From assembly GCA_963828845.1 (NCBI GenBank), contig CAWHGE010000016.1, positions 12,302 to 76,301 on the forward strand: a stretch of DNA of 64,000 nucleotides. Reading direction: 5' to 3'. The first letter of the stretch is position 1. Every line of letters starts with the position of its first letter. The position numbers were made by a program, and so were the translations under genes. Under the pieces are notes generated by a model. The model saw only the letters and a program-made list of their open reading frames with translations, had not been told where the DNA came from and searched no databases. Below, piece by piece: positions 24,744-34,083 of this stretch. The DNA is from an uncultured Chloroflexia bacterium (GTDB lineage: Bacteria; Chloroflexota; Anaerolineae; Anaerolineales; UBA4823).

Positions 24744-25750
24744 ATGAAACGTTATGTGATCATCTTCATTTTGGTTATTGTCAGCACTTTCCTAATCCAC
24801 ACCTGGTTGATAAGCATTGGCTTATTCCCGATTGAAGCCAGCGCTCAATCGGTGGCGATTGACCAGCTTTTCCATGTCCATTTATGGATAATATCTTTTC
24901 TCTTTTCGTTGATCATGGTCACCCTGATTTACAGCCTGATCTGTCTTCCATCGCAGGAAAGGTGAGACAGGTGATGGAGCTTACTTAACCGGAAATTCTA
25001 CGCTCGAAATTACCTGGACTGCCATCCCCCTCATGGCTGTTCTCGTTCTGGCTTATGCTGGCGCAAAAACCCTGGGAGCCATCCGGGTGATTGACCCAAC
25101 CGCACTGCAGGTGAAGGTGACCGCTGGTCAGTGGTACTGGCAGTACGCTTATCCTGATTATGGCGTCACCAGCACCGATCTGTACCTGCCGGTCAACAGC
25201 AGATTGACCTGCAGATGACCTCCGTGGATGTGATCCATTCATTTTGGGTACCTGAGTTTCGGGTGAAGCAGGACATTGTCCCTGGGCGGACGCTCGAGCT
25301 GCGCGTCACCCCTACCCTGATCGGTGATTATAAAGTGCGCTGCTCCGAGCTATGTGGGTTAAGGCATGCCTATATGGAAGGGCATGGTTCACGGTTGTCT
25401 CACAGGCAGATTTCGACAAGTGGATCTGCTCAACAACAATCTGCTGCCCCACCCAGTCCAGAGCTGCGCGGGCAGCAGCTTGCAACATCGTATGGTTGTA
25501 CGAACTGCCATTCCACGGATGGCTCTGCCAAAACCGGACCCACCTGGTTGCACTTATATGAATCGAATGTGACGTTATCGGATGGAACCACAGTGTACAG
25601 CAGATGATGATTACCTGAAAACCTCCATTATTAACCCCAACATTCAGGTGGTCTGCAGGTTTCCCTGCGAACGTGATGCCTGATTTTTCCACTGTGTTGG
25701 ACCAGACCATGGTTGAATCGCTGGTGGCATATATCAAGACCTTGAAGTAG
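24744..25750 (+). pseudogene. coxB: cytochrome c oxidase subunit II with fused C-terminal cytochrome c domain (caa3 type); about 3 frame changes
   Basis: Two N-terminal TM helices are present. The cupredoxin region reads QWYWQYAYPDYG and VIHSFWVPEF. The CuA site is CSELCGLRHAYM. The cytochrome c domain has CTNCH. The pieces lie in frames 0, 1, 0 and 2. Confidence 0.85.
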
Positions 25751-25760
25751 GGGAGGTATT

Positions 25761-27601
25761 ATGAGGAAACTCTATTCCATCGGGTTGATACGTGGATATG
25801 CTCTGGCAGATCCTGGGGACAGCCATTGGTATTGGGATCCTCACCGGTATCCGCTCTCTTGCTGGATTTACCTGCCTGGAAAGCCGAATCAGCCGTTCGT
25901 TTTTGGAGCACTTGTTGGGTGCTTTATTCTTCGTTTACGGCATCGGGGCAGTGGATGACTGGATCAAAGTGGCTGCCGGGAAAGAAGTTCATGAGCCGGA
26001 TGAATCAGGCTGGGGACGAATGCGTTATTTTGGCGTCTCGCTCGATCATAAGGTGATTGGAATTCAATACCTGGTCCTGTCACTGGTTCTCATGGTCGTG
26101 GGTGGCTCATTTGCCATGATCTTTCGCTCCGAGCTGGCAAACACCGGGCATGCAATTCCTCACCCTGATGGAATACAACACCTTGATGTCTCTGCATGGT
26201 ATGGTGATGATCATCGGTATCCTGGTTGGTGTCGCCGCATTCATGAACTATCTCATCCCGATGATGATCGGGGCGCGTGATATGGCTTTCCCCCGCTTGA
26301 ATGCCTTCAGCTTTTGGCTGGCAGTTCCTGCCAGCATCATCCTGCTCTCCAGCATGGCACTGGGCGGTTTTGATACCGGTTGGACCGGTTACCCACCACT
26401 CTCTGCCCGCGCCCCCATCGGGATCCAGATGTTCTTCCTGGGTGTATCCCTGGCTGGCATGGGAACCGTCTTAAGCTCGCTCAACGTCATCGCCACCGCT
26501 ATCCGCATGCGCGCCAGAGGGATGACCGGTTTTCGCCTGCCCATCTTCGTATGGGGCTCGCTTGCCACCTCCCTCATCAGCCTGACAGCCACCCAATTGA
26601 TCGGTTTATCCTTCCAGATGGTGATGTTCCAGCGTCTTGTTCGGGATGGGCTTTTTCGACCCAGCCAAAGGCGGTAACCCCATCCTGTTCCAGCACCTGT
26701 TCTGGTTTTATTCCCATCCGGCAGTGTATGTCTTTGTCCTGCCTGGCTTGGGAATCATCAGCGAGCTGTTGCCGGTTTTTGCACGTAAACCCCTGTATGG
26801 TTATAAATGGGTCGCCATCTCATCGTTTGGCATTGCACTGATCGGCTTTCTGGTATGGGGGCACCATATGTTCGCCTCCGGCATGGCCGAGTATTTACGC
26901 GTGCCATTCATGTACAGCACCCTGTTGGTGGCAGTACCCACCGGGGTGAAGTTCTTCTCCTGGCTGGGCACCTTGTGGCGTGGCAAGATCATCTTCCCGG
27001 TCCCCATGCTCTTCGTCCTGGCGGGTATCGTGGTGTTCCTGCTTGGAGGTCTGACCGGTCCTCCCAATGCCACCATCGCCACAGACCTGCACCTGACGGA
27101 TACTTATTTCATCGTCGGTCATTTCCACGATACGATGTTCGGCGGATATGTTTTTCCATTCTTTGCCGCCATTTATTTCTGGTTCCCAAAGATGACTGGC
27201 AGGCGTTTGAATGAGACCCTCGGCAAGATCCATTTCTGGTTGATGGCACCCGCTTTCATCGTCCTTTCGATCAGTGATGATGCGTACCGGCATTCTCGGG
27301 ATGCGCCGCCGCATCGCAGATTATGACCCCACCCTTGAATGTCACCGATGACCATCGTGTGATGACGGTGGCTGGTTTTCTCATCGCCCTGGGGGTACTG
27401 GTCTTCATCATCAATGCTTTCTGGAGCATGCGCAATGGTGAGATTGCCACCGGCAATATCTGGAATTCGCGCTCTCCCGAGTGGCAGGTGCCTTCTCCCA
27501 TGCCAATTCACAATTACGACAAACCCTTCGAAGTGGTCGGTGAGCCATACGATTATGGGCTGCCCGGATCAGTGTACGTGAAATTCAAGGAGGAGGAGTG
27601 A
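25761..27601 (+). pseudogene. coxA: cytochrome c oxidase subunit I, A2-type; 4 frame changes
   Basis: A GGGAGG ribosome-binding site lies before the ATG at 25761. Motifs DHKVIGIQY, LHGMVMI, WTGYPPLS, LFWFYSHPAVYV and GHFHDTMFGG are spread across ORFs 25792-26280, 26150-26677, 26637-27326 and 27323-27601. Confidence 0.9.
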
Positions 27602-27602
27602 T

Positions 27603-27797
27603 ATGGAACATCCATCCAAATCCTCCGTTTTACAGCTTGGTTTGCTCGTCCTGGGAGCACTGGCAGTTCTGACCGCGGTTGAATTCGCCATCGCACTGAC
27701 CATCAATATCTGGCAGGTGCTCGCCATCATTCCCATCATAAAAGCCGGGCTGGTATTTTATTACTACATGCATATCTATCGCCTCTTTCGAAGCTGA
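27603..27797 (+). CDS. small two-helix cytochrome oxidase subunit IV-like protein
   Basis: A 64-aa ORF with two hydrophobic helices, placed exactly between coxA and coxC and starting 2 nt after the coxA stop. Confidence 0.65.
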   Translation: MEHPSKSSVLQLGLLVLGALAVLTAVEFAIALTINIWQVLAIIPIIKAGLVFYYYMHIYRLFRS

Positions 27798-27803
27798 TAC
27801 AGA

Positions 27804-28366
27804 TGTCGATCGCGAATCATTTGCCTACAAGCTGGCAACCAATCGCATCGGACTTTGGCTGTTCCTGATCTCCGATTCGTTCATCTTTGGTGGTTTGATG
27901 ATCTCACGCATCAACCTGCTTGGACTCACCCGCCCAGAGCTGATCCAGGTGTTGGGGTTGGTTGTCACCATCGTGCTGCTCATTTCTTCATTCTTCGCCA
28001 ATCGCGCTGAGGTCTCCATGGAATACGGTGACCGCAAGCAATTCATCCGCAGCATCACCATCACCTTGAGCCTGGGTATCCTGTTCCTGGTGGGTGTGCT
28101 TGGGTGTGGAATGGCGCCTGGCACCTTTTGGTCCAGAGACCAACCTGGCTGGTGCGGTTTTCTACGTCATGACCGGTTTCCATGCCTTCCATGTGTTCAC
28201 CGGGGTGATCTTCCTGGCAATCGTCTTGCGCAATGGCTTGCGTGGTCTTTATTCTGCTGAAAAGCATTGGGCAGTTGAAGCTTCGGTGGTTTACTGGCAT
28301 TTCGTGGATGTGGTTTGGTTCTTCTTCTACCCGGCTCTTTATCTGATTGGCACGCTGGCGAAATAA
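27804..28366 (+). pseudogene. coxC: cytochrome c oxidase subunit III; about 2 frame changes
   Basis: From the ATG at 27804 the frame is lost at the T-run 27820-27822. LWLFLISDSFIFGG follows, and FYVMTGFHAFHVFTGV and YWHFVDVVWFFFYP are in ORF 28094-28366. Confidence 0.85.
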
Positions 28367-28399
28367 GATACTGATAGAGATGTATCTACCAATAGGGTG

Positions 28400-28992
28400 A
28401 TGATGAACCGGAAATATCTCATCATTGCCATGCTGCTCCTGGCTGGTGGTTGTGCTTTCTGCGCTTGGGATATACCTGGTATAAATCAGCTCACCCCACA
28501 TTTCATGGCTCGCTGATCTCCCCAGCCCAACCTGCGGCCGATTTTTCACTCACCAGCCAGACAGGTGCCACGGTTCACCTTTCAGATTTTCGTGGTAAGT
28601 ATGTGCTGATTTTTTTCGGTTATCACCAACTGCACCTCCGAGTGCCCGCTGACGATGGGTTTTCTCAAGCAGATGCATGACACGCCTTGGATCACTGGCA
28701 GATCAGACCCAGGTCATCATGATCTCCACTGATCCAGCCCGCGATACTCCCGAGGCTCTCGGGACATTCTTAAGCCATTTCGACCCATCTTTCATCGGCT
28801 TGACTCCTCCCAGGCTAATCCTTCAACCCGTCTGGTCAGCCTATGGGGTCACCGTTTTGGATAATGGTGAGACGCATTCGTCCTATCTCTACCTGATCGA
28901 TCCACAAGGGAACTCTGATTGCCACTTATCCACTGCTCGCAAACGCTGATGGCATCACCTCTGATCTGCAAAACTTGATACGTGGAAAATGA
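28400..28992 (+). pseudogene. SCO1/SenC-family copper chaperone (thioredoxin fold); about 3 frame changes
   Basis: A lipoprotein-like N-terminus LLLAGGC is present. FRGKYVLIFFGY is followed by TNCTSECP (CxxxCP) in another frame. ISTDPARDTPE and YLIDPQGN are also present. Confidence 0.75.
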
Positions 28993-29511
28993 GCCTTCGA
29001 AAAGACCTCATCTTGCGGATGCTTTTCTTTTTGGTAATCGGTGTGATTGCTGCTGCAATCTTCAGCGAGGTGACATTCCGCTTGCAGGGAGATACCACCA
29101 GCCGTGACCCAAAAACTATCCTCCTGGTCATCCCAGCAGGTACTGCCGCAAAAGTTGCCCAGGGACAAAGCGTGTTACCTGCCGGACAGATATTCGTGGT
29201 GGGCGATACCTTGCAGGTGAAAAATGAGGATTCAGTCACCCAAACCCTGGGACCATTGGTCATTCCACCGGGTTCGTCCGCCAGCATGAAGCTAGACCAG
29301 GTCGGCAGCCTGAGCTACACCTGCTCCTTCCAACCCACCAAATATTACGGCATCGAGGTACAGCAGGCACTCACCTTCTGGATGCGCCTGGAAGCTTCTC
29401 TGCTTGGCCGGTCTTCCTTTGGGTGTCCTGCTTGGTGTTTACAGCCTGGTGGTGAAACCATTGAAACCCAAAGCTAACACTCCCCAACCTGATGCAATTT
29501 GGAAGGTTTGA
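28989..29511 (+). pseudogene. membrane protein of the oxidase cluster, unknown function; one frame change near 29400
   Basis: An ATGA overlap joins it to the SCO gene. It has an N-terminal TM helix, a beta-rich soluble part, and a second TM helix recovered in another frame. Confidence 0.5.
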
Positions 29512-29538
29512 TCTTATTGGTGCAGATATGTTCCGCTG

Positions 29539-30286
29539 ATGTTCTCCCGTCGCTGGTGGTGGACTACTCTGATCGTGCTTGCAGGGATTGGTGTTGCCAT
29601 CCGGTTGGGCATCTGGCAGCTTGACCGAAATGCCCAGCGCCAGGCAGCTATCAGCCATATCCAGGAAATGCAAGCCATGCCGGTGCTTGACCTGAACCAG
29701 CGCCCACTCCCATCTAACCTGGAAACCATGGAGTACCGGCAGGTTACCGCCACTGGGAGTGTATGATTTCAATCACCAGGTGGCATTACGTAATCAGGTC
29801 AGGCAGCCGCATGTCGGGAACCGATCCCAGGTATTGCCCTGATTACCCCTCTCATCCTGACAGATGGACAGGCAGTGTTGGTGGAACGTGGTTGGATTCC
29901 TCTTGAATACAACACGCCCAATTCCTGGCGGCAATTCGATGAACCTGGGAACGGTTAGCTTGAAAGGCATCATTCGTCTATCGATGGAAAAGGGGGAGAT
30001 GGGTAGTGCTTTGATCGACCCAACCCTCTCTCCTGGCCAGACGCGGCTGGATTTCTGGAATTTCGTCAACCTGACCCGGCTGCAGGACCAATTACCCTAC
30101 CCTATCCTTAATGTTTATATCCAGCAAGCTCCTGGTAGCGACCTTGAGTCTCTGCCTTATCGCTTGATGGAACAGCCTGATCTCGACCCGGGAGCTCACA
30201 TCGGGTTCGCCTTGCAGTGGTTCTTTTATGCTGGTCTGCTCTTCTTCGGTTACCCAATCTGGTTGAAAAAGCAAAAAGCCAGGTAA
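29539..30286 (+). pseudogene. SURF1-family cytochrome oxidase assembly protein; 2 frame changes
   Basis: WWWTTLIVLAGIGVAIRLGIWQLDR is at the N-terminus, VLVERGWIP is in the middle, and HIGFALQWFFYAGLLFFGY is at the C-terminus (ORFs 29539-29766 and 29864-30286). Confidence 0.8.
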
Positions 30287-30325
30287 CCCCTTCACTTCAC
30301 TCTTAATAAGCTAGGGAGCTGGATT

Positions 30326-30344
30326 TACCTTATTCTTTAAGGTA
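30326..30344 (+). terminator. weak AT-rich hairpin after SURF1
   Basis: The arms tacctta and taaggta form a 7-bp stem with a 5-nt loop, followed by a T-rich stretch gttgcttttcttc. Confidence 0.3.
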
Positions 30345-30345
30345 G

Positions 30346-30452
30346 TTGCTTTTCTTCGTGTCCTCTGCGCCTTTTGTGGTGATTTTAATGCTTCCTACTT
30401 TTTCTTTTTCTTCTTCTTCCCCTTTTTCTTACCTTTTTTCTCTTTCGGTGGT
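30346..30452. repeat. about 100-bp pyrimidine-rich (plus strand) low-complexity tract
   Basis: A nearly pure C/T run on the plus strand (tttttctttttcttcttcttcccctttttcttaccttttttctctttc), directly 3' of the PPK2 stop. Confidence 0.8.
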
Positions 30453-30453
30453 T

Positions 30454-31323
30454 CTATCTTCTGCCATGAGCTCCACCGCATGGCAGACCTGCCTCTTCAG
30501 CCACTTCGGCATGATACCTTTGTTTGATCGCCACCAGGTCCACGCATGGCTCGGGATATTTCATCTTCAAACCTTCCATCGTCTCCACCAGGATTTGTGA
30601 CACTGCCAGGTCGCGGAACCACTTGTGGTTGGCAGGGATGACATACCATGGGGCATAGTTGAAGCTGCACTTGCTGAGCGCATCCATATAGGCTTGCTGA
30701 TAGTCGTCCCAGTATTCACGTTCAGTATAATCAGAATCGCTGATCTTCCACTGCTTATCAGGCTCATCCAGGCGGTCTCTGAAACGTTTGAGCTGTTCTT
30801 CTTTATCGATGTGCAGGAAAAACTTAACCATGGTCGTCCCGCTATTTGCCAGCTCACGTTCGAACTCATTGATCTCGTTGTAGCGTTTTGACCATATTTC
30901 TTTGGACACCAGGTTATGCACCCGCACCACCAGTACATCTTCATAATGCGAGCGGTTGAATACTGTGATGTGTCCCTTTCCGGGTGTCATTTTATGGATG
31001 CGCCACAGGTAATCGTGCGCCAGCTCTTCAGCGGTCGGTACTTTAAAGCTCGCTACCGAGCAGCCTTGCGGGTTCAAGGCTTCCATCACATGGTGGATCG
31101 TCCCATCTTTGCCGCCCCCATCCATTGCCTGCAGCACGATCAGCAAGGCATGTTTATTCTCAGCGTACATCAAGGCTTGCAGCTCAGTCAGGCGTTGGCT
31201 GTATTTCTCCATCTCCGCAGACACTGCCTCTTCATTGTCATAACCACCGTGATAATCAGCGTCGATCTTTGCCAGGTTAACCTTGTTGCCTGGTTTTATG
31301 CGAAATTCATTGGCATAGCTCAT
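30454..31323 (-). CDS. ppk2: polyphosphate kinase 2 family protein (polyphosphate:nucleotide phosphotransferase)
   Basis: Uninterrupted 289-aa ORF with a Walker A-like LQAMDGGGKDGT and the motifs DYLWRIH and ITVFNRSHYEDVLVVRVH. A GGAGGG ribosome-binding site is present. Confidence 0.85.
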   Translation of the reverse strand: MSYANEFRIKPGNKVNLAKIDADYHGGYDNEEAVSAEMEKYSQRLTELQALMYAENKHALLIVLQAMDGGGKDGTIHHVMEALNPQGCSVASFKVPTAEELAHDYLWRIHKMTPGKGHITVFNRSHYEDVLVVRVHNLVSKEIWSKRYNEINEFERELANSGTTMVKFFLHIDKEEQLKRFRDRLDEPDKQWKISDSDYTEREYWDDYQQAYMDALSKCSFNYAPWYVIPANHKWFRDLAVSQILVETMEGLKMKYPEPCVDLVAIKQRYHAEVAEEAGLPCGGAHGRR

Positions 31324-31344
31324 GGTTGGACCCTCCTGAGTGGG

Positions 31345-31381
31345 ATTATATCATTCCTCGACTACATCAAAATGTAGTCGA
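31345..31381 (-). promoter_or_regulatory. extended -10 promoter (TGATATAAT) of ppk2 with a perfect 10-4-10 palindrome over the -35 region
   Basis: On the minus strand TGATATAAT maps to 31345-31353. The palindrome TCGACTACAT-caaa-ATGTAGTCGA is at 31358-31381. Confidence 0.5.
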
Positions 31382-31442
31382 CTTTTCCATTAAACTATTA
31401 GCATATTCATCCATCGCAGTATCAATACTTACTCTATCCCGC

Positions 31443-31471
31443 TTGCCCACCAAAACGTTTTGGAGTATCAT
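31443..31471 (+). promoter_or_regulatory. sigma-70-like promoter with palindromic operator in the spacer, upstream of the antiporter gene
   Basis: TTGCCC (31443-31448), a 17-nt spacer containing CCAAAACGTTTTGG (31450-31463), then TATCAT (31466-31471). Confidence 0.55.
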
Positions 31472-31536
31472 GAGAAGGGCCATAATAAATGAATATTTGA
31501 CGGATAATAAGATTAATGATGATTCTCTGAAATATC

Positions 31537-33339
31537 ATGGACCAGTTCTTATCCACCGAAACACTGATCATAGGACTTTTATTGATCGTTTCCATCGTCG
31601 CCATTGGGGTACGCCGGTTGCGCATTCCCTACACCGTCGCATTGGTCATTGTTGGTCTGCTGATCACCTTCCAATCTTCGTTAAAATTCGAGCTCACTCC
31701 TGAGCTTATCCTGGCATTATTCGTCCCGCCCCTGGTGTTCGAAGCTGCCTTTCATCTGAACTTGTTGGAATTACGCCGTAATTTACCCGCCATCCTTCTC
31801 CTGGCTGTTCCAGGCGTTATCCTGACCGCCTTCATTGTCGGAGGAATGCTGGTCTTCGGTATCAAGCTGAGCCTGCCCATCGCCCTGATCTTTGGCTCTT
31901 TGATCGCCGCCACCGATCCGGTTTCAGTAGTGGCTTTATTCCGCACGCTGGGTGTTCCCAAACGCCTGTCGGTGCTTATTGAAGGCGAAAGCCTGTTCAA
32001 TGATGGCACTGCCATCGTATTATTTAATCTGATGCTCGCAATTTCTCTCACCAGTAAGTTCAGCCTGATCGATAGCATTGCTGGATTCTTCCGCATCTCT
32101 ATTGGAGGAATCATCGTTGGTCTGGTGCTTGGCTGGCTGATTTCGCAGCTGATTTCACGCGTTGATAATTACCTGATTGAAACCACCCTGACCACGGTTC
32201 TGGCATTCGGTTCCTATCTTCTGGCGGAAAAGCTTGGCGTTAGTGGTGTTCTGGCAGTCGTTGCAGCCGGACTTGTAAATGGCAACATAAGCGCACAGGG
32301 TATGAGTCCCACCAGCCGCATTGTTATATTTAACTTCTGGGAGTATGTAGCCTTTCTTGCTAACTCTCTGATATTCCTTTTATTGGGGTTACAGGTCAAT
32401 ATTACTGCCATAATTGCCTCCTGGCAGCCCATTTTGTGGGCGATTCTGGCGGTATTTATCGCCCGTTTCATCGTTGTCTATGGTTTAAGCTGGCTGGTCA
32501 ATCGGGTTTCTGAGCCTATACCCCTCCGCTGGCAGCATATCCTCAATTGGGGTAACCTGCGCGGTGCTATCAGCCTGGCACTGGTTCTCAGTCTGCCCGT
32601 CTCATTGGGTGCTGAGCGTGACTTACTGCAGGTAATGGCCTTTGGGGTGGTCTTGTTCACATTACTGGTACAGAGTACTACCATGGCACCCCTCATCCGT
32701 TGGCTGAAGATAATCACCCGTTCCGAAGCTCAGCTTGAGTATGAGCGACAGCACGCCCGCCTCACCGCCTTGCGTAATGCCGATACTCGACTTGATCGCA
32801 TGCATATCGACGGTTTGCTATCCAGCCATACGTCAGAAAGGCTCAAACAATATATCACCCAACAGGCTTCCCCTCTGGCTGATAAAGTGCGGAACTTGTT
32901 ACTCGCCGACCCAGCTTTGGAAGCCGAAGAGCTGGATACGGGTTGGCGTGAGATGCTGCGTGCTCAACGCTCCTCCCTGCTTGACCTACGCCGGGATGGT
33001 GTCATCTCGGATGAAGTTTTCGAGCAATTATCTACAGACGTTGATGCCCAGTTGAGCGAAGGTCCTCCTTCCCTGCCTGATGAAGTCACAACCCGTACCC
33101 AATTTCTGGAAGTTACCATCCCCGATGGTTCTCAAGCTATTGGGAAAACCATCGCCGAGCTGGGTATTCCACGCACAGCGGTTCTTGTCTCTGTTCAACG
33201 GGGAGATGAGATTATCATTCCGCGTGGAGACACCCTGCTGCATAATGGTGATATTGTCACCACCTTATGTGAACGTGAGACCATCGATTCGGTCAAGGGT
33301 TTATTACTCGCCTCAGATGGAACGGCAGAAACTGATTAA
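31537..33339 (+). CDS. CPA1-family Na+(K+)/H+ antiporter (NhaP type) with C-terminal TrkA-C/RCK_C domain
   Basis: Uninterrupted 600-aa ORF with about 12 TM helices (ATDPVSV, ESLFNDG). It has a long cytosolic helix region and an RCK_C-like end, GKTIAELGIPRTAVLVSVQRGDEIIIPRGDTLLHNGD. Confidence 0.85.
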   Translation: MDQFLSTETLIIGLLLIVSIVAIGVRRLRIPYTVALVIVGLLITFQSSLKFELTPELILALFVPPLVFEAAFHLNLLELRRNLPAILLLAVPGVILTAFIVGGMLVFGIKLSLPIALIFGSLIAATDPVSVVALFRTLGVPKRLSVLIEGESLFNDGTAIVLFNLMLAISLTSKFSLIDSIAGFFRISIGGIIVGLVLGWLISQLISRVDNYLIETTLTTVLAFGSYLLAEKLGVSGVLAVVAAGLVNGNISAQGMSPTSRIVIFNFWEYVAFLANSLIFLLLGLQVNITAIIASWQPILWAILAVFIARFIVVYGLSWLVNRVSEPIPLRWQHILNWGNLRGAISLALVLSLPVSLGAERDLLQVMAFGVVLFTLLVQSTTMAPLIRWLKIITRSEAQLEYERQHARLTALRNADTRLDRMHIDGLLSSHTSERLKQYITQQASPLADKVRNLLLADPALEAEELDTGWREMLRAQRSSLLDLRRDGVISDEVFEQLSTDVDAQLSEGPPSLPDEVTTRTQFLEVTIPDGSQAIGKTIAELGIPRTAVLVSVQRGDEIIIPRGDTLLHNGDIVTTLCERETIDSVKGLLLASDGTAETD

Positions 33340-33411
33340 TTGAATCCGGAATCTGTAGATGTATAACCTGCATTTCGTTGGGATGTCTTTGTTAAATAGA
33401 GCCAATAATGA

Positions 33412-34083
33412 ATGCAGGAACCTGGTAGGATGATGCCTGTCACCATTCGTGACGTCGCCAAACACCTCGACCTTTCCATCACCACCGTCTCTCGAGCTCT
33501 GGATGGCTATTCCGATGTTTCAGAAGCAACCCGCCAGCGTGTCCGTCAAGCTGCCCGCGAGCTCGGGTATCTACCCAACCGGGCTACCCGCCAGCTCAGG
33601 CGTAAACGCACCGATACTATCGGATATATTTTACCTTCCGGTTCCGCCCGCTTCTCTGATCCTTTTTTTGCTGAATTCATCTCCGCCCTGGCCGATGAAG
33701 CTGCCCAAAACAGCTATGACTTACTCGTCTCCTCCGCCCCCTCTAGTGGAGTTGTTGAGCAGCAGGTTTACCAACGATGGGTGTGTGAACGACGCGTAGA
33801 TGGCTTTGTGCTTAATCGCCTCAGGCAGTCCGATTGGCGCCTCTGCTACCTGGCTGAAGAACAAGTCCCATTCGTCACATTGGAACGCTCATTGGATGTG
33901 CTGGATTCCCTCTACTCCCAGCCCCCGTTGACCACGGTAGATCAGCCTGTTCCGGAGATTGCCCACTTATTGGTTCGCATGCTTCTGGCTGAGATTAACC
34001 GGGATACCCTGCCTGAACGGCATGTGGTGATCCAACCCATTCTGCGTTTCCGCCACTCCACCATCAAAGGAGGTCAAGCATGA
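33412..34083 (+). CDS. LacI/GalR-family transcriptional regulator, abnormally short (core domain largely missing)
   Basis: The HTH TIRDVAKHLDLSITTVSRALDG, the hinge and the first core strands are present. The sequence then jumps at ERSLDVLDSLYSQPPLTTVDQP straight to the C-terminal LTTV motif. It is 223 aa versus about 330-340 aa for the family. Confidence 0.75.
   Translation: MQEPGRMMPVTIRDVAKHLDLSITTVSRALDGYSDVSEATRQRVRQAARELGYLPNRATRQLRRKRTDTIGYILPSGSARFSDPFFAEFISALADEAAQNSYDLLVSSAPSSGVVEQQVYQRWVCERRVDGFVLNRLRQSDWRLCYLAEEQVPFVTLERSLDVLDSLYSQPPLTTVDQPVPEIAHLLVRMLLAEINRDTLPERHVVIQPILRFRHSTIKGGQA

Noticed and set aside
1-30300. ORF fragmentation caused by an alternative genetic code (stop codon reassignment)
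   Set aside because: Consecutive fragments of the same protein are in different reading frames and overlap, so they need indels to be joined. Intact genes elsewhere use TGA, TAA and TAG as stops.
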